From assembly GCA_043228905.1 (NCBI GenBank), contig JBHGNT010000024.1, forward strand, positions 62,001-126,000: a DNA stretch of 64,000 nt. The letters run 5' to 3'. Shown in pieces: positions 56,901-64,000 of the stretch. The notes under the pieces are model-generated. The model ran no database searches, had not been told where the DNA came from, and saw only the letters and a program-made list of their open reading frames with translations. Origin of the DNA: Azolla caroliniana. Taxonomy: Eukaryota; Plantae; Polypodiophyta. Position 1 is the first letter of the stretch. Each line of letters starts with the position of its first letter. Made by a program: the position numbers and the translations under genes.

Positions 56901-57220
56901 GAGGGAGTTGAGAGGAGCCCTTGAGTTAATTAAAATGTTCATACCTGGCTCGTGTGGTACCGGATTTTTGTGTTCAAACATGCGAATCGAAGCTAACAAT
57001 GCTAGCTATGATATGGAATTAAAAAATCAAGATTCTAAAACTCAAGTCCAGAGACATGACGAAAATAGCAAACTTGAGGAGGGAGTTGAGAGGAGCCCTT
57101 GAGTAAATTAAAATGTTCATACCTGGCTCGTGTGATATGGATTTTTGTGTTCAAACATGCAAATCGAAGCTAACAACGCTAGCTATGAGATGGAATTAAA
57201 AAATCAAGATTTTGAAACTC
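53995..57220 (+). repeat. Local 10-mer duplication (1,778 bp)
   Basis: ORF markers at 54546/56324 and 55079/56857 are both 1,778 bp apart. The copies share the CATGTGAA, TCAGGTCCAG and GGTACC variants. Confidence 0.88.
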
Positions 57221-57479
57221 AGCTCGAGAGACATGACGAAAATAGCAAACTTGAGGAAGGAGTTGAGAAGAGCTAGTAGGTCAATTAAAATGTTCATACC
57301 TGGCTCGTGTCATATCCGATTTTTGTGTTCAAACATGGGAATCGAAGCTAACAACGCTAGCTATGATATGGAATTAAAAAATCAACATTTTGAAACTCAT
57401 GTCGAGAGATGTGACGAAATTACCAAATTTGAGGAGTGAGTTGAGAAGAGCTAGTAGGTAAATTAAAATGTTCATACCT

Positions 57480-57558
57480 GGCTCGTGTCATGACGAAATT
57501 ACCAAATTTGAGGAGTGATTTGAGAGGAGCCCTTGAGTAAATTAAAATGTTCATATCG
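57480..57558 (+). repeat. Truncated 79-bp monomer (99-bp internal deletion)
   Basis: The junction GGCTCGTGT-CAT-GACGAAATTACC joins monomer position 12 to position 112; the next monomer starts at 57559. Confidence 0.92.
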
Positions 57559-58803
57559 GGCTCGTGTGATATCGGATTTTTGTGTTCAAACATGCAAATC
57601 GAAGCTAACAACGCTACCTATGATATGGAAATAAAAAATCAAGATTTTGAAACTCAGGTCGAGAGACATGATGAAAATAGCAACCTTGAGGAGGGAGTTG
57701 AGAAGAGCCCTTGAGTAAATTAAAATGTTCATACCTGGCTCGTGTGATATCGGATTTTTGTGTTCAAACATGCGAATCGAAGCTAACAACGCTAGCTATG
57801 ATATGGAATTAAAAAATCAAGATTCTAAAACTCAAGTCCAGAGACATGACGAAAATAGCAAACTTGAGGAGGGAGTTGAGAGGAGCCCTTGAGTAAATTA
57901 AAATGTTCATACCTGGCTCGTGTGATATGGATTTTTGTGTTCAAACATGCAAATCGAAGCTAACAACGCTAGCTATGAGATGGAATTAAAAAATCAAGAT
58001 TTTGAAACTCAGGTCGAGAGACATGATGAAAATAGCAAACTTGAGGAGGGAGTTGAGAAGAGCCCTTGAGTAAATTAAAATGTTCATACCTGGCTCGTGT
58101 GATATCGGATTTTTGTGTTCAAACATGCGAATCGAAGCTAACAACGCTACCTATGATATGGAATTAAAAAATCAAGATTTTGAAACTCAGGTCAGGAGAC
58201 ATGACGAAAATAGCAAACTTGAGGAAGGAGTTGAGAGGAGCCCTTGAGTAAATTAAAATGTTCATACCTGGCTCGTGTGATATCGGATTTTTGTGTTCAA
58301 ACATGCAAATCGAAGCTAACAACGCTAGCTATGAGATGGAATTAAAAAATCAAGATTTCGAAACTCAGGTCGAGAGACATGACGAAATTACCAAATTTGA
58401 GGAGTGAGTTGAGAAGAGGTAGTAGGTAAATTAAAATGTTCATACCTGGCTCGTGTGATATCGGATTTTTGTGTTCAAACATGCAAATCGAAGCTAACAA
58501 CGCTACCTATGATATGGAATTAAAAAATCAAGATTTTGAAACTCAGCTCGAGAGACATGACGAAAATAGCAAACTTGAGGAAGGAGTTGAGAAGAGCTAG
58601 TAGGTCAATTAAAATGTTCATACCTGGCTCGTGTCATATCCGATTTTTGTGTTCAAACATGGGAATCGAAGCTAACAACGCTAGCTATGATATGGAATTA
58701 AAAAATCAACATTTTGAAACTCATGTCGAGAGATGTGACGAAATTACCAAATTTGAGGAGTGAGTTGAGAAGAGCTAGTAGGTAAATTAAAATGTTCATA
58801 CCT

Positions 58804-58882
58804 GGCTCGTGTCATGACGAAATTACCAAATTTGAGGAGTGAGTTGAGAAGAGCCCTTGAGTAAATTAAAATGTTCATACCT
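58804..58882 (+). repeat. Second truncated 79-bp monomer with the identical junction
   Basis: The same GTGTCATGACG junction lies 1,324 bp downstream of the first (7x178+79-1). Confidence 0.92.
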
Positions 58883-61789
58883 GGCTCGTGTCATATCGGA
58901 TTTTTGTGTTCAAACATGCGAATCGAAGCTAACAACGCTAGCTATGAGATGGAATTAAAAAATCAAGATTTTGAAACTCAGGTCGAGAGACATGATGAAA
59001 ATAGCAACCTTGAGGAGGGAGTTGAGAAGAGCCCTTGAGTAAATTAAAATGTTCATACCTGGCTCGTGTGATATCGGATTTTTGTGTTCAAACATGCGAA
59101 TCGAAGCTAACAACGCTAGCTATGATATGGAATTAAAAAATCAAGATTTTGAAACTCATGTCGAGAGACATGACGAAAATAGCAAACTTGAGGAGGGAGT
59201 TGAGAGGAGCCCTTGAGTAAATTAAAATGTTCATACCTGGCTCGTGTGATATTGGATTTTTGTGTTCAAACATGCAAATCGAAGCTAACAACGCTAGCTA
59301 TGAGATGGAATTAAAAAATCAAGATTTTGAAACTCAGGTCGAGAGACATGATGAAAATAGCAAACTTGAGGAGGGAGTTGAGAAGAGCCCTTGAGTAAAT
59401 TAAAATGTTCATACCTGGCTCGTGTGATATCGGATTTTTGTGTTCAAACATGCGAATCGAAGCTAACAACGCTACCTATGATATGGAATTAAAAAATCAA
59501 GAATTTGAAACTCAGGTCGAGAGATGTGACGAAATTACCAAATTTGAGAAATGATTTGAGAGGAGCCCTTGAGTAAATTAAAATGTTCATATCGGGCTCG
59601 TGTGATATCGGATTTTTGTGTTCAAACATGCAAATCGAAGCTAACAATGCTACCTATGATATGGAATTAAAAAATCAAGAATTTGAAACTCAGGTCGAGA
59701 GATGTGACGAAATTACCAAATTTGAGGAGTGAGTTGAGAAGAGCTAGTAGGTAAATTAAAATGTTCACATCGGGCTCGTGTGATATCGGATTATTGTGTT
59801 TAAACATGCAAATCGAAGCTAACAACGCTACCTATGATATGGAATTAAAAAATCAAGAATTTGAAACTCAGGTCGAGAGACATGACGAAAATAGCAAACT
59901 TGAGGAGGGAGTTGAGAGGAGCCCTTGAGTAAAGTAAAATGTTCATACCTGGCTCGTGTGATATCGGATTTTTGTGTTCAAACATGCGAATCGAAGCTGG
60001 CGACGCTACCTATGATATGGAATTAAAAAATCAAGATTTTGAAACTCAGGTCGAGAGACATGACGAAAATAGCAAACTTGAGGAGGGAGTTGAGAGGAGC
60101 CCTTGAGTTAATTAAAATGTTCATACCTGGCTCGTGTGGTACCGGATTTTTGTGTTCAAACATGCGAATCGAAGCTAACAATGCTAGCTATGATATGGAA
60201 TTAAAAAATCAAGATTCTAAAACTCAAGTCCAGAGACATGACGAAAATAGCAAACTTGAGGAGGGAGTTAAGAGTAGCCCTTGAGTAAATTAAAATGTTC
60301 ATACCTGGCTCGTGTGATAAGGATTTTTGTGTTCAAACATGCGAATCAAAGCTAACAACGCTAGCTATGATATGGAATTAAAAAATCAAGAATTTGAAAC
60401 TCAGGTCGAGAGACATGACGAAATTACCAAATTTGAGGAGTGATTTGAGAGGAGCCCTTGAGTAAATTAAAATGTTCATATCGGGCTCGTGTGATATCGG
60501 ATTTTTGTGTTCAAACATGCAAATCGAAGCTAACAACGCTACCTATGATATGGAATTAAAAAATCAAGATTTTGAAACTCAGGTCGAGAGACATGATGAA
60601 AATAGCAAACTTGAGGAGGGAGTTGAGAAGAGCCCTTGAGTAAATTAAAATGTTCATACCTGGCTCGTGTGATATCGGATTTTTGTGTTCAAACATGCGA
60701 ATCGAAGCTAACAACGCTAGCTATGATATGGAATTAAAAAATCAAGATTTTGAAACTCATGTCGAGAGACATGACGAAAATAGCAAACTTGAGGAGGGAG
60801 TTGAGAGGAGCCCTTGAGTAAATTAAAATGTTCATACCTGGCTCGTGTGATATGGATTTTTGTGTTCAAACATGCAAATCGAAGCTAACAACGCTAGCTA
60901 TGAGATGGAATTAAAAAATCAAGATTTTGAAACTCAGGTCGAGAGACATGATGAAAATAGCAAACTTGAGGAGGGAGTTGAGAAGAGTCCTTGAGTAAAT
61001 TAAAATGTTCATACCTGGCTCGTGTGATATCGGATTTTTGTGTTCAAACATGCGAATCGAAGCTAACAACGCTGCCTATGATATGGAATTAAAAAATCAA
61101 GAATTTGAAACTCAGGTCGAGAGACATGACGAAAATAGAAAATTTGAGGAGTGATTTGAGAGGAGCCCTTGAGTAAATTAAAATGTTCATATCGGGCTCG
61201 TGTGATATCGGATTTTTGTGTTCAAACATGCGCATCGAAGCTAACAACGCTACCTATGATATGGAATTAAAAAATCAAGATTTTGATCCTCAGGTCGAGA
61301 GACATGACGAAAATAGCAAACTTGAGGAGGGAGTTGAGAGGAGCCCTTGAGTAAATTAAAATGTTCATACCTAGCTCGTGTGATATCGGATTTTTGTGTT
61401 CAAACATGCGAATCGAAGCTAACAACGCTACCTATGATATGGAATTAAAAAATCAAGATTTTGAAACTCAGGTCGAGAGACATGACGAAAATAGCAAACT
61501 TGAGGAGGCAGTTGAGAGGAGCCCTTGAGTAAATTAAAATGTTCATACCTAGCTCGTGTGATATCGGATTTTTGTGTTCAAACATGCGAATCGAAGCTAA
61601 CAACGCTACCTATGATATGGAATTAAAAAATCAAGATTTTGAAACTCAGGTCGAGAGACATGACGAAAATAGCAAACTTGAGGAAGGAGTTGAGAGGAGC
61701 CCTTGAGTAAATTAAAATGTTCATACCTGGCTCGTGTGATATCGGATTTTTGTGTTCAAACATGCGAATCGAAGCTAACAACGCTACCT

Positions 61790-63590
61790 ATGATATGGAA
61801 TTAAAAAATAAGGAATTTGAAACTCAGGTCGAGAGACATGACGAAATTACCAAATTTGAGGAGTGATTTGAGAGGAGCCCTTGAGTAAATTAAAATGTTC
61901 ATATCGGGCTCGTGTGATATCGGATTTTTGTGTTCAAACATGCGAATCGAAGCTAACAACGCTAGCTATGATATGGAATTAAAAAATCAAGAATTTGAAA
62001 CTCAGGTCGAGAGACATGACGAAAATAGCAAACTTGAGGAGGGAGTTGAGAGGAGCCCTTGAGTAAAGTAAAATGTTCATACCTGGCTCGTGTGATATCG
62101 GATTTTTGTGTTCAAACATGCGAATCGAAGCTGGCGACGCTACCTATGATATGGAATTAAAAAATCAAGATTTTGAAACTCAGGTCGAGAGACATGACGA
62201 AAATAGCAAACTTGAGGAGGGAGTTGAGAGGAGCCCTTGAGTTAATTAAAATGTTCATACCTGGCTCGTGTGGTACCGGATTTTTGTGTTCAAACATGCG
62301 AATCGAAGCTAACAATGCTAGCTATGATATGGAATTAAAAAATCAAGATTCTAAAACTCAAGTCCAGAGACATGACGAAAATAGCAAACTTGAGGAGGGA
62401 GTTAAGAGTAGCCCTTGAGTAAATTAAAATGTTCATACCTGGCTCGTGTGATATGGATTTTTGTGTTCAAACATGCGAATCGAAGCTAACAACGCTAGCT
62501 ATGATATGGAATTAAAAAATCAAGATTCTAAAACTCAAGTCCAGAGACATGACGAAAATAGCAAACTTGAGGAGGGAGTTAAGAGTAGCCCTTGAGTAAA
62601 TTAAAATGTTCATACCTGGCTCGTGTGATATCGGATTTTTGTGTTCAAACATGCAAATCGAAGCTAACAACGCTACCTATGATATGGAATTAAAAAATCA
62701 AGATTTTGAAACTCAGGTCGAGAGACATGATGAAAATAGCAAACTTGAGGAGGGAGTTGAGAAGAGCCCTTGAGTAAATTAAAATGTTCATACCTGGCTC
62801 GTGTGATATCGGATTTTTGTGTTCAAACATGCGAATCGAAGCTAACAACGCTAGCTATGATATGGAATTAAAAAATAAGGAATTTGAAACTCAGGTCGAG
62901 AGACATGACGAAATTACCAAATTTGAGGAGTGATTTGAGAGGAGCCCTTGAGTAAATTAAAATGTTCATATCGGGCTCGTGTGATATCGGATTTTTGTGT
63001 TCAAACATGCGAATCGAAGCTAACAACGCTAGCTATGATATGGAATTAAAAAATCAAGAATTTGAAACTCAGGTCGAGAGACATGACGAAAATAGCAAAC
63101 TTGAGGAGGGAGTTGAGAGGAGCCCTTGAGTAAAGTAAAATGTTCATACCTGGCTCGTGTGATATCGGATTTTTGTGTTCAAACATGCGAATCGAAGCTG
63201 GCGACGCTACCTATGATATGGAATTAAAAAATCAAGATTTTGAAACTCAGGTCGAGAGACATGACGAAAATAGCAAACTTGAGGAGGGAGTTGAGAGGAG
63301 CCCTTGAGTTAATTAAAATGTTCATACCTGGCTCGTGTGGTACCGGATTTTTGTGTTCAAACATGCGAATCGAAGCTAACAATGCTAGCTATGATATGGA
63401 ATTAAAAAATCAAGATTCTAAAACTCAAGTCCAGAGACATGACGAAAATAGCAAACTTGAGGAGGGAGTTAAGAGTAGCCCTTGAGTAAATTAAAATGTT
63501 CATACCTGGCTCGTGTGATATGGATTTTTGTGTTCAAACATGCGAATCGAAGCTAACAACGCTAGCTATGATATGGAATTAAAAAATCAA
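61790..63590 (+). repeat. Local duplication at a 6-monomer offset (1,067 bp)
   Basis: The private variant TAAGGAATTT lies at 61809/62876 and ORF markers at 62173/63240. The copies share GTTAAGAGTAGCCC. Confidence 0.85.
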
Positions 63591-64000
63591 GAATTTGAAA
63601 CTCAGGTCGAGAGACATGACGAAATTACCAAATTTGAGGAGTGATTTGAGAGGAGCCCTTGAGTAAATTAAAATGTTCATATCGGGCTCGTGTGATATCG
63701 GATTTTTGTGTTCAAACATGCAAATCGAAGCTAACAACGCTACCTATGATATGGAATTAAAAAATCAAGATTTTGAAACTCAGGTCGAGAGACATGATGA
63801 AAATAGCAAACTTGAGGAGGGAGTTGAGAAGAGCCCTTGAGTAAATTAAAATGTTCATACCTGGCTCGTGTGATATCGGATTTTTGTGTTCAAACATGCG
63901 AATCGAAGCTAACAACGCTAGCTATGATATGGAATTAAAAAATCAAGATTTTGAAACTCATGTCGAGAGACATGACGAAAATAGCAAACTTGAGGAGGGA

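Larger units (their letters stand above)
1..64000 (+). repeat. Tandem satellite DNA array, 178-bp monomer, about 360 copies in one orientation; probably centromeric or pericentromeric
   Basis: Consensus read from the sequence: GGCTCGTGTGATATCGGATTTTTGTGTTCAAACATGCGAATCGAAGCTAACAACGCTAGCTATGATATGGAATTAAAAAATCAAGATTTTGAAACTCAGGTCGAGAGACATGACGAAAATAGCAAACTTGAGGAGGGAGTTGAGAGGAGCCCTTGAGTAAATTAAAATGTTCATACCT. It recurs at 1, 179, 357 and so on to the window end, and both window edges fall inside the array. The centromeric assignment is an inference from monomer length and homogeneity. Confidence 0.99.

Noticed and set aside
445-63485. Dozens of 61-81 aa ORFs (MKLRSRDMTK..., MKLSSRDMTK..., MLASICMFEH...)
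   Set aside because: They are translations of the satellite. They open only where a SNP removes a stop (for example GAGTAA>GAGTTA), mostly start at TTG, change frame each monomer because 178 is not divisible by 3, and resemble no protein I recognise. I used them only as positional markers.
1-64000. CRISPR array or other repeat-spacer cassette system
   Set aside because: There are no unique spacers; the whole 178 bp repeats. No cas, recombinase or reverse transcriptase gene is present.
1-64000. Identity with Arabidopsis CEN178, Brassica CentBr or primate alpha satellite (CENP-B box)
   Set aside because: Only the length is similar. The consensus does not match these families as I recall them and I see no canonical CENP-B box. 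A database search is still needed.
1-64000. Tandem RNA gene array (5S rDNA, tRNA, snRNA, spliced leader)
   Set aside because: I recognise no 5S or tRNA sequence or internal promoter boxes, and variation is spread across the monomer rather than confined to a spacer.
1-64000. Hidden transposon insertion, inversion or telomeric repeat
   Set aside because: I saw no non-satellite sequence, reverse-orientation monomers, LTR/TIR ends or TTTAGGG/TTAGGG tracts when reading through the window.

Overview
The whole 64 kb window is one uninterrupted, head-to-tail tandem satellite array of about 360 copies of a 178-bp monomer (consensus about 39% GC, with a recurrent 177-bp variant). This is typical of eukaryotic centromeric or pericentromeric heterochromatin. 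A plant origin is plausible but is only an inference, and I do not recognise the family. I see no genes, RNA genes, transposons, inversions or CRISPR array; every ORF in the track is a by-product of the monomer. I found no new protein-coding system. The informative signal is in the variant pattern: (1) a nested hierarchy of 178 bp > 7-mer + 9-mer > 16-mer (2,844 bp) > a tandemly duplicated 10.5-11 kb super-unit, two of whose junctions map to about 6 bp; (2) many local 2- to 20-monomer duplications; (3) paralogous blocks up to about 48 kb apart; (4) three microhomology-bounded out-of-register lesions (+37, -5 and a duplicated -99 bp); and (5) a probable gene-conversion tract. All offsets were read by eye from diagnostic variants and block edges are approximate.
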